A DNA stretch of 54,075 bases, from the NCBI RefSeq assembly GCF_031769215.1, contig NW_026783112.1, positions 1-54,075 of the forward strand. Reading direction: 5' to 3'. The stretch is from Ylistrum balloti. Its lineage: Eukaryota. This document shows, in pieces, positions 38,821-48,010 of the stretch (positions are counted from its first letter, which is position 1; the number at the start of each line of letters is the position of its first letter). The notes under the pieces were generated by a model. The model was not told where the DNA came from, did not search any database, and worked only from the letters and a program-made list of their open reading frames with translations. The translations under genes and the position numbers were made by a program.

Positions 38821-39513
38821 ATGCAAAGTAAATTAAAAAAATATTACTTCTCTAATAATGTAGCTATTTTTGTATATAGAAAAACAATTTTAGCCATATA
38901 TAGAAAAATAATTTCACTTATAGAAAAAATGTCTAAAGATGTAAAAATCTTTATGAAAAAAAATGATAGAAATTTATTTAAAAAAAAATTAGAAGCATCA
39001 AAGTATTATTTTGAATATGGTTCAGGAGGATCAACCTATCAAGCAAGTTTAACAGATAAAAGAATAATCATATCAGTAGAAAGTGATGTGGATTGGCATA
39101 ATCAATTAAAAAAGAAAATATCAAACAAAAAAAATATAATATTTAAATATATAGATATAAAATCAAGGTCTAATAATTGGGGACAACCTGGTACTGGTAG
39201 CACAGTAAAAGATTGGAAAAAATATAGTGATGTTATAAAAGAGATAGATAGAGAAATAGCAAAAAAATTAGATTTGATATTAATAGATGGAAGGTTTAGA
39301 GTAGCTTGTTGTTTGAAATGTTTTAATGTAATAAATAAAAATTGTATAATAGCATTTGATGATTTTTTAGATAGAAAAGAGTATCACATAGTTTTAGATT
39401 ACTATAAAATTATAGAAAAGACAAAAGATGAAAGTTTAGTATTATTAAAAAAGAAAAAAGTAAAAGAACCATCAAAAGAATTAATAAAAAAGTATGAAAA
39501 AATAAGTAGTTAA
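38821..39513 (+). CDS. Class I SAM-dependent methyltransferase, probable glycan O-methyltransferase
   Basis: YFEYGSGGST, ISVESDVDW, DLILIDGRFRVAC, FDDF..RKEYH; real start may be the ATG at 38929. Confidence 0.7.
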   Translation: MQSKLKKYYFSNNVAIFVYRKTILAIYRKIISLIEKMSKDVKIFMKKNDRNLFKKKLEASKYYFEYGSGGSTYQASLTDKRIIISVESDVDWHNQLKKKISNKKNIIFKYIDIKSRSNNWGQPGTGSTVKDWKKYSDVIKEIDREIAKKLDLILIDGRFRVACCLKCFNVINKNCIIAFDDFLDRKEYHIVLDYYKIIEKTKDESLVLLKKKKVKEPSKELIKKYEKISS

Positions 39514-39687
39514 AATTGCTATAAAAATTTAAATACCTTTAGGTGAGACTCATTATTTAAATCCCAAATTTAAATTATTATATAAATCTATCTTGTTAAG
39601 GTTTTGATTATTTAAATTATAAAAAATTGAAAATCTTCTGATTTTAAAGTTTTTATATTTTTTAAGTTTTTTCTTGTCCAATGTAAT

Positions 39688-40891
39688 TTAGCTTGATTCA
39701 TTAATAAGAATATTTTTATAAGTTTGATAAATTTCTTTATTATCAATTAATTGGTTTAATCTTTTTCTACCTTGAATCCCCATTTGAGTACTTTTTTTAT
39801 AATTGCTTGAAATTTCAACAATCTTTTTTAATAGATCACCTTTTTTACAAGGATTAAAAATAAAACCTGTTTTTTTATCCCCAACTAAAAATGTACCACC
39901 TCCTCTATTACTTGTTATTACTGGTTTTGAATATGCCATCGCTTCTAAAATGACTGTTGGAAAATTATCAAAACAAATACTAGGAACAATCAAACAAATA
40001 GATTTTTCTAAATATTTTTCTATATCTTTTTTCCAACCAGTAAAAATTATATTTTTTTCCAAATTTAAATCTTTGACTTTTTTTTCAAGTTTGCCATCTC
40101 CATATCCACATAAAATTAATTTTAAATTTTTATTTTCTTTTAAAGCTAAAGCAAATTCTGAAACTAATAAAAAACACCCTTTTTCTTCGCAAATTATTCC
40201 CATATATAAAAAACTATTTTTTTCAATTTTAATTTTTTTATCTTTTATTTTTTTTCATCAATATCATCAATAGGATTACAAATCCATTGAACATTTTTAA
40301 AGTTTTTTTTCACCATAGCATCTTTAAGTCCTAGTGATGGCGTTATAAACATTGAAACATATTTTTTTAGTAGAAAATTTTTTATGTAGTAAAAATAAAC
40401 AGAAGACAAATATATAAAAAAATTAGTTTTTCTGTATTGTTTAAATATTTCTTTTAATTTAAAACCATCTTTACAAACTCTAAAATCTTTATATATATTG
40501 AAAAAAACTGGAGATACAAAACCATAATCATGACATAACATAATCACTTTATACTTTCTAATTGCAAGCAAAAAACTGATTGTCAAATGATTAACATTAT
40601 TTAAAAAAATAAGATTTGGCTTAATTCTATCTACTTCTTTTTTTATTTTAAAATAATAGAAAGGATTAAAAATTAGTCTATTGATATGTCTAAATAATGT
40701 TGTTTTTGGAAATTGTAATATTATATTATTTTTTTCTTTTCTCTCATTGTAATCAAATCCCATTTTAAAAGATTCAAAATCTTTATCTTTTTCAAAATGA
40801 TTAGCTATTCTTAAAAAAATTTTTTGGGCACCACCAACTTTTTCCCCTTCATAATTAAATGTCTCATTAAAAAATAATATTTTTTTTTCAT
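39688..40891 (-). pseudogene. GT4 family glycosyltransferase, frameshifted
   Basis: Reconstructs as MKKKILFFNETFNYEGEKVGGAQK..HDYG..PSLG..YMGIICEEKG..PSICFDNFPTVILEAMAYSKPVI. Needs +1 A in the A9 run just after the ATG (T9 at 40880-88) and in an A8 run near 40250. Start shares an ATGA overlap with the upstream gene. Confidence 0.8.
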
Positions 40892-41699
40892 TTTATATTT
40901 CTATATTTCCACCAAATCATAATCTTATATATCCTATAAGAAATAAAAAACTCTAATTTATTTAAATATCTTTTTTTAACTTTTATAAAATTTTTTTCAT
41001 TTTTTTTTTTATTTTTTGGATTAAAGCTCTCTGCTAAAAGATGGTGCCTTCTTTTACAAACCATCACAGGGAAAAAACTCCAATTGGTTTTTTTATTCAA
41101 TCTAAACCATAAATCATTATCTTGTCCTGAAGTTAAATTTTCATCAAAATTTCCAAATTTTTTAAAAACTTCTTTTTTTAAAAAAACAGATTGATGTGGG
41201 ACAAAATTATTAGCAAATCCCATCATGTAATTTACAAAAAAATTTTTCTTTTGATAAATTTTTGAACTTGATGAATATTTTCCTTCTTCTTCTTTTTGTT
41301 CATTTAAAATGGTTGCTTCTCCATAAACCCAATCTAAATTTTTTTTTTTTCTAAAAAGGCTTTTGTTTTTTTTAAAACATTTTGATTATAAAACAAATCA
41401 TCTGAGTGCATATGGATTAAATATTTCCCAGTTGATTTCTTTATACCCATGTTCATAGCATTGGATATTCCTTGGGGTTTGTATTGAAATAATTTAGATT
41501 GTATATTTTTTTTTTGAAATTTTAAAATTAAATTTTTGGTTTTATCTTTTGAAAAACCATCAATGAAAACTACTTCAAAATCTTTCTCTTTTTGAATTTC
41601 AATACTTTGTAAACACTCTCCTAAATATTTTTCAGAATTAAAAGTGCAAACGATTATACTAAAAAAAGGTTTTGATGTTTTTTTATGTTTTGAAATCAA
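40888..41699 (-). pseudogene. GT2 family glycosyltransferase (WcaE-like), frameshifted
   Basis: FSIIVCTFNSEKYL, FIDGFSKD, GISNAMNMG, HMHSDD, VPHQSVF, GQDNDLWFR; frame breaks in a T12 run (41339-41350). Confidence 0.82.
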
Positions 41700-41701
41700 A
41701 G

Positions 41702-42746
41702 TTATAAAATAATTTTAAAGTAGTTTTTTGATAAACTTCTATTCTTTATCTTTGTTTTGAAATTTTCCAAAATTTTTGAGTAAAAATTATCTTTAATATT
41801 TTTTACTTCTATTTTTTTTAAATATAAACTATTTTTTTTAAAATAATTTATATTTAACATATTATTATATTTTTTATCGTCTCTATCAAGTTCAATTATT
41901 TTTTTAATCATATTATCAAATGATTTGTAATCATCATAATTTAATGAACGATTTCGTATTGAAATAATCTCCAACATTAGGTGCTCCTTTGTATATAGGT
42001 ATTGTATTTCCCATCATAGCATTTGGAAGTTTTTCAGTTATATAATTTTCTTCATAAGAAATTTTCAAAACAAATTACAAATTTATAATCTTGAAATAAT
42101 TTATAATTATTAAAATAATTTTTTTCTTTTTCTTTGTAGTTTTTATTTATTAAAACTTTTCCAAAAGAATCTATCTTTTTGTATTTTGAAAGTTTTTTAA
42201 AAAAATCAATTCTGTCATAATTACTTGGATTTGAGAATATAAAACAACAAAATTTTTTCTTTTTTTTCTTTTGTTTTTTTTTGTCTAAATTTTTGTATTT
42301 TTCTATTTCTAAAAAATAAGAGAGATTTAAATTATTTTTTCTAATTTGAGATAATTTTGAGAAAATATTTTTATTTTTTAATATTTTTTCAAATTTTTAT
42401 AAGGATAAAAATTTAATTTTGATAAAAATTTAAGTTTTACTAAAAAATTAAAAAAATATCTAAATTTGAATATAATTTTAATATTTATAAATCTTAAAAG
42501 TATAAATAAAATATTTATTTTAAAATTCCAAATAGGTTCGTGAGAAATTAGATATTTTAAAGAATTTTTATATATCTTTTTTTTTAAAATATTTATATAT
42601 ATTTTGTGTGAAAAAACAACTAAATCTATTTTTTTATTACTTTCTTTTATTATTTTTATTTTATTTCTTTTAAAAAAGGCTTCTAAATCTTTTTCATAAA
42701 AATTTTTATGGAATCCTAAATATTGAATATTTATCTCTTTTCTCAT
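41702..42746 (-). pseudogene. GT10 family alpha-1,3/4-fucosyltransferase, multiply frameshifted
   Basis: Fragments read on the minus strand: KFCCFIFSNPSN..R.DFF, then YKFVICFEN / SYEENYITEKLPNAMMGNTIPIYKG..FNTKSFI (GT10 fucosyltransferase motif, split by one extra T near 42060), then IIELDRDDKKY. Confidence 0.8.
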
Positions 42747-43561
42747 TTTGTGCTTCTACATTTCCACCACAACCACAATACTATTTTTTGGGGTAAAAAT
42801 AATAAACCTAATTCTAAAAATAATCTTATAAATTTTTAAATTAAAATAGTCTTTGCATTTCATATACTTCAACTTAATCTTTATTCCATTTAAGATAGTT
42901 AGTTTTAATTTTTTTGATTTTGATTGATGGGGGAACTGTCTATATTTATATAAAATTTTATTAATATTTGTCATATTGTTTTTTTTTAAAAATTCTCATC
43001 CATAAATCCCAATCTTCACAAACTTCATATTTTTCATTGTAGTTTCCAACAGTTTTTACAACATCAACCTTTAGCATCATGGTTGGTTGGGGCATGGGGC
43101 ATTTTATTAAACTAATTTTTTTAAGTTTTTCAGGATCACTTTCATAAAGCCTTTTAAAATTTTTTTTAGGATTTTCGCTAAAATATTCTAACCCTGTTCC
43201 ACAACCAATAAATTTTTTATTTTTTTCTAAAAATGTTACTTGGATTTTTAATCTTTCTTTATGAGAAATATCGTCACTATCCATTAAAGCAAAATATTTA
43301 CTTTTATTGGAAATTTTTTTAAATAATAAATTTCTTGTTTTCGTAATGCCCAAATTTTTTTTTGTTTTGAAAAAATTTTATTCTCTTATCTTTTTGCTGT
43401 AATTTTTTAATGACTTTTGAAGAACTGTCTGTTGAGGAATCATCAATAATGATAAGCTCAAAATTTTTATAAGTTTGATTTAAAATACTTTCGATTGATT
43501 CTTTTAAATAATTATCACAATTATAATTTGGCATTAAAACTGAAATTAATGGATCTTCCAT
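42743..43561 (-). pseudogene. GT2 glycosyltransferase, copy A1 (3 frameshifts)
   Basis: MEDPLISVLMPNYN, IIIDDSSTD, LMDSDD, EDWDLW. Breaks at T9 (43335-43), T9 (about 42979-87) and about 42835. The corrected frame ends in an ATGA overlap with the GT10 start. Confidence 0.85.
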
Positions 43562-43700
43562 TTTAGTTTTAAGATTATGCACCGCCCCCCAATGATCTGT
43601 CTAAAGCATAAAAACTCAAATATGATAAATATCGAATATTAATTTTATAGAGTTTTGTATTATATAAACAATTTTAGCATGAATGTTCCTATATATTTAT
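43562..43700 (-). promoter_or_regulatory. Repeated leader copy 1 (extended -10-like TG-C-TAAAAT, TATAAT, G-rich box)
   Basis: Near-identical to 45626-45765 and 47873-48010; promoter function is inferred from motif only. Confidence 0.5.
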
Positions 43701-43780
43701 GTGTTTTAAGAACCTAATTCATATTAATTGTTAACTATTTATTCACTTTATTAAGCTATCTTGTAGAAAAAATTTTAAGA

Positions 43781-43814
43781 TATATTTTTTTAAGTAATAT
43801 ATTTTTTTAAGTAA
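43781..43814. repeat. Perfect 17-bp tandem duplication TATATTTTTTTAAGTAA x2 at the 3' end of B1
   Basis: Read directly. Confidence 0.85.
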
Positions 43815-44756
43815 CTTATAAAAAGTTTTAATTTAATAAGTACTTTTTTAATGAAAAAACTATCTGATCTTTTGAAATAATTTTTAAAATTTTTTAAAAT
43901 GATTTTATCAAAATCGACATTTTCAAAATTACATTTTTGATATGAAAAATCAAACTTTTCTACTTTTTCTTGAAATCTTCTAATACTTTTATAATGAACA
44001 CCACTGCCATCAAGGCCAATATTTTTAACTCTTGAAATGACAGGATAAATTGTAAATAAATTATTTTTAAAATTAAAATATGTATATCTTATAGCCCACG
44101 AATTTATTTTCCTTTCATTTGATTATCTAACATTTCTAAAATATCCCATCCACATTCTTCAAAATTTTTTCTTAAGGTTTCTATTGTTTTGAAACTGATT
44201 ATAATCTTTTACATCCCAATCAACTTTTTTCCATCTATCTTTCCAAGTTCCCCATCCCCAACTAGATGTTCTTTTTGCTAAGTAAATATCTTTTTTGTAA
44301 TATTTTGGAATTTAAATTTATTTGTATAACCACTAATTGAACATATTTTTTTATTATTCTTATAAAAATTAAGTCCATTATTCATGTATTCAAGAAAATC
44401 TTTTGAAGTTAATATATCATCTTCTAAAACTATAACCTTTTTATATTGATTGATAATTTTAGAAACACCACTTATAATCGAATTGGCTAATCCTTTATTT
44501 TTTTTTGAATGAATAATTTTAATTTTTTTAAATAATTTTTTTTTCTTATTTTCTTTTTCAAATAACTTTAAAATTTCTAACTTCTAAAACTTCTTGTTTA
44601 CTTTTTTCATTTTGTTTCATTCCATCAGAAAATATAAACAACTCACTTTTGTTTGATAAATAGTTTTTTGATAGATGACTTAAAGGTTTTTTTTGTATGT
44701 TCTAATCTATTATATACAAATAAAATTATTGGGGCTAAATTTTCTATTTTTTTCAT
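43790..44756 (-). pseudogene. GT-A fold glycosyltransferase, copy B1 (frameshifted; absent from the ORF track)
   Basis: Reads MKKIENLAPIILFVYNRLEHTKK, then FIFSDG, GLANSIISGV, IVLEDD, WGWGTW..RW, KNIGLDGSGVH across several homopolymer indels; 3' end approximate. Confidence 0.8.
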
Positions 44757-44807
44757 ATATAAAAGATAACTACATATTTGATAATTTTTTTATAAAAGTT
44801 AGATCAT

Positions 44808-45625
44808 TTATTTTTTGAATTCAATTTTATAAAATAACCACAATACTATTTTTTTGGGTAAAAATAATAAACCTAATTCTAAAAATAATCTTATAAGAAT
44901 TTTAAATTAAAATAGTCTTTGCATTTCATATACTTCAATTTAATCTTTATTCCATTTAAGATAGTTAGTTTTAATTTTTTTGATTTTGATTGATGGGGGA
45001 ACTGTCTATACTTATATAAAATTTTATTAATATTTGTCATATTATATTTTTTTAAAATTCTCATCCATAGATCCCAGTCCTCAGAAACTTCATATTGTTC
45101 ATTGTAGTTCCCAACAGTTTTTAAAACATCAACCTTTAGCATCATGGTTGCTTGGGGCATTGGAGTTTTTATCAAACTAATTTTTTTAAGTTTTTCAGGA
45201 TCACTTTCATAAAGTCTTTTTAAAGTTTGTTTAGGATTATTCCAAAAACACTCAAGCGATGTTCCACAGCCAATAAATTTTTTATTTTTTTCTAAAAACT
45301 CTACTTGAGTTTTTAATCTTTCTTTGTAAGAAATATCGTCACTATCCATTAAAGCAAAATATTTACTTTTATTGGAAATTTTTTTAAATAACAAATTTCT
45401 TGTTTTCGTAATGCCCAAATTTTTTTTGTTTTGAAAAAATTTTATTCTCTTATCTTTTTGCTGTAATTTTTTAATGACTTTTGAGGAACTGTCTGTTGAG
45501 GAATCATCAATAATGATAAGCTCAAAATTTTTATAAGTTTGATTTAAAATACTTTCGATTGATTCTTTTAAATAATTTTCACAATTATAATTTGGCATTA
45601 AAACTGAAATTAATGGATCTTTCAT
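44808..45625 (-). pseudogene. GT2 glycosyltransferase, copy A2 (most intact; one -1 frameshift near the C-terminus)
   Basis: ORF 44891-45625 intact for about 244 aa. Adding one T near 44897 gives ...KFFIRLFLELGLLFLPKKIVLWLFYKIEFKK stop at 44808, homologous to the corrected A1 tail. May be functional as is. Confidence 0.8.
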
Positions 45626-45765
45626 TTTAGTTTTCAGATGATGTTCCCACCTCAATGATCTACCAAAAGTATAAAAACTCAAATATGATAAATATCGAAT
45701 ATTAATTTTATAGAGCTTTGTATTATAAAAGCAATTTTAGCATGAATGTTCCTATATATTTATAG
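45626..45765 (-). promoter_or_regulatory. Repeated leader copy 2
   Basis: Same TG-C-TAAAAT and TATAAT; G-rich box here reads GAGGTGGGAAC. Confidence 0.5.
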
Positions 45766-45781
45766 GTTTTAAGATAAAAAT

Positions 45782-46650
45782 TTATTTTAAACTTGTTAAA
45801 CTTTTATTAAAACCAGTTATAGAATTTGGATGTAAAAAATGTCTTTTTACTATAAAATTATTTTTTTCTAAAACTTTTGAAATTATTTTGATATCTGCTT
45901 TTGGATTAAATTGTGGATGACACTCTACTTGAATTTGTTCAACTTTTTTAAAAAACTAATATCTTCATCAAATAAATTTCCTTCTTCTCCTTCAATATCC
46001 ATTTTTACATAATCAATAATTTTTAAATTATTTTTTTTAATTATTTCTTTAATTGAAATTCCTTTAACTTGTATTGATTTATTTCCTTTTTTAGTTTCTA
46101 TATGGTATTCTTCTGAACCAACATCTTTAGAATAACTAACAAATTTTTTATTAGTTAGGGCATAAGGATAAACTAAAACATCTTTTAAGGAAGAAATATT
46201 TTTTTTTAACAAATTATAATTATCCTTATCCATTTCACAACCAATAATTTTAGAATTTGGATATTGTAATTTGAAATCAATAATTGTAAATCCTAGGTTT
46301 GAACCTAAATCTAAAATAACTGGGTTTTTTCTAACTATTTTTTTACTTGGTCTATGATATAACAAGAAAAAGCTATATATAAAAGAATATTTAGAATCTT
46401 TTTTAAAGTATAAAAAATTATTAATCCCTCTAATTTTAACTTTACATACTTTATTTTTATCAAAAAAAGAATCAGAAGAAATTATATTGTAAACTTTAAA
46501 AAGATACTTTAATTCTACCTTAAATATTAGGTATACAAATTTTTTAATAGACTTCAATTTAAATTTCATCAAAACAATAGGGTTTGAATATATACGAAGT
46601 AATTTATTTTTTAATTTTTTTAGCATTATAATAATATTTCTAATAAACAT
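45782..46650 (-). pseudogene. FkbM family methyltransferase, one frameshift near the C-terminus
   Basis: ILDLGSNLG, IIGCEMD, DYVKMDIEGEE; adding one A in the A6 run near 45945 restores KVEQIQVECHPQF... to a stop at 45782. Confidence 0.8.
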
Positions 46651-46672
46651 ATTTAAATAAATTTTTTTTTAT

Positions 46673-47647
46673 TTATAAAACTAAACTTTTTATTCTTTTA
46701 ATTAAATTAAAAAGTTTTAATTTAGTCAATACTTTTTTAATGAAAAAACTATCTGATCTTTTAAAATAATTTTTAAAATTTTTTAAAATGATTTTATCAA
46801 AATCGACATTTTCAAAATTACATTTTGGATATGAAAAATTAAAATCTTTTACTTTTTTTTGAAATTTTGGAATTTTGTTACAATGAACTCCACTACCATC
46901 AAGACCTATATTTTTAACTCTTGAATTAACAGGATAAATTGTAAATAAATAATTTTTAAAATTAAAATATGTATATCTTATACCCCAAGAATCTATTTTT
47001 CCTTTCATTTGATTATCTAACATTTCTAAAACATCCCATCCACATTCTTCAAAATTTTTTTTTTAAGGTTTCTATTGTTTTGAAACTGATTATAATCTTT
47101 TACATCCCAATCAACTTTTTTCCATCTATCTTTCCAGGTTCCCCAACCCCAAGTAGATGTCCTTTTTGCTAAGTAAATATCTTTTTTGTAATATTTTGGA
47201 ATTTTAAATTTATTTGTATAACCACTAATTGAACATATTTTTTTATTATTCTTATAAAAATTAAGTCCATTATTCATGTATTCAAGAAAATCTTTTGAAG
47301 TTAATATATCATCTTCTAAAACTATAATCTTTTTATATTGATTGATAATTTTAGAAACACCACTTATAATCGAATTGGCTAATCCTTTATTTTTTTTTGA
47401 ATGAATAATTTTAATTTTTTTAAATAATTTTTTTTTCTTATTTTCTTTTTCAAAACATCTTAAAAATTTTAACTTCTAAAACTTCTTGTTTACTTTTTTC
47501 ATTTTGTTTCATTCCATCAGAAAATATAAACAACTCACTTTTGTTTGATAAATAATTTTTTGATAGATGATTTAAAGTTTTTTTTGTATGTTCTAATCTA
47601 TTATATACAAATAAAATTATTGGGGCTAAATTTTATATTTTTTTCAT
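46673..47647 (-). pseudogene. GT-A fold glycosyltransferase, copy B2 (early nonsense codon plus frameshifts)
   Basis: Paralog of B1; codon 5 is TAA where B1 has GAA (47635); fragments 47026-47277 and 46673-47023 carry TSTWGWGTWKDRW, DSWGIRY, NIGLDGSGVHC. Confidence 0.82.
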
Positions 47648-47707
47648 ATATAAAAGATAACTACATATTTGATAATTTTTTTATAAAAGTTAGATCATTT
47701 ATTTTTT

Positions 47708-47872
47708 GCTGTAATTTTTTAATGACTTTTGAGAAACTGTCTGTTGAGGAATCATCAATAATGATAAGCTCAAAATTTTATAGGTTTGATTTAAAATACT
47801 TTCGATTGATTCTTTTAAATAATTATCACAATTATACTTTGGCATTAAAACTGAAATTAATGGATCTTCCAT
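47708..47872 (-). pseudogene. GT2 copy A3, 5' remnant truncated by deletion
   Basis: MEDPLISVLMPKYNCDNYLKESIESILNQ... fused directly to the sequence preceding the B gene. Confidence 0.85.
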
Positions 47873-48010
47873 TTTAGTTTTCAGATGATGTTCCCGCCCC
47901 CCAATGATCTACCAAAAGTATAAAAACTCAAATATGATAAATATCGAATATTAATTTTATAGAGCTTTGTATTATAAAGCAATTTTAGCATGAATGTTTC
48001 TACATATTTA
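47873..48010 (-). promoter_or_regulatory. Repeated leader copy 3
   Basis: Same leader; G-rich box TTGGTAGATCATTGGGGGGCGGGAAC. Confidence 0.5.

Larger units (their letters stand above)
42772..48010. repeat. Segmental direct repeats: about 42772-43700 vs 44836-45765; about 43830-44817 vs 46720-47708; about 45455-45765 vs 47703-48010
   Basis: Long near-identical stretches aligned by eye; boundaries approximate. Confidence 0.9.

Noticed and set aside
45646-45653. GAGGTG as Shine-Dalgarno for A2
   Set aside because: 22 nt from the ATG, too distant, and not conserved as such in copies 1 and 3
45626-45682. N-terminal extension MSFYTFGRSLRWEHHLKTK on A2; likewise the extended starts of A1 (43582) and ctaB (36672)
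   Set aside because: Extensions come from leader or overlap sequence with TTG or non-conserved starts; paralog comparison puts the start at M(E/K)DPLIS
42772-45765. Diversity-generating retroelement (TR/VR pair) explanation for the A1/A2 repeats
   Set aside because: Differences are not adenine-specific (CAT/TAC, GGG/TCG, TTA/CTT), the repeats are whole genes of ~900 bp, and no reverse transcriptase is in the window
39803-47877. Plus-strand ORFs inside the island (39803-40273, 46969-47172, 47545-47877)
   Set aside because: Antisense to frame-repairable glycosyltransferase genes; low-complexity F/L/I/K products expected from AT-rich DNA
42743-48010. Pure assembler duplication of one identical locus
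   Set aside because: Copies carry many clustered substitutions, different neighbours and a defined deletion. Identical-copy duplication is excluded; a chimera of strain haplotypes is not
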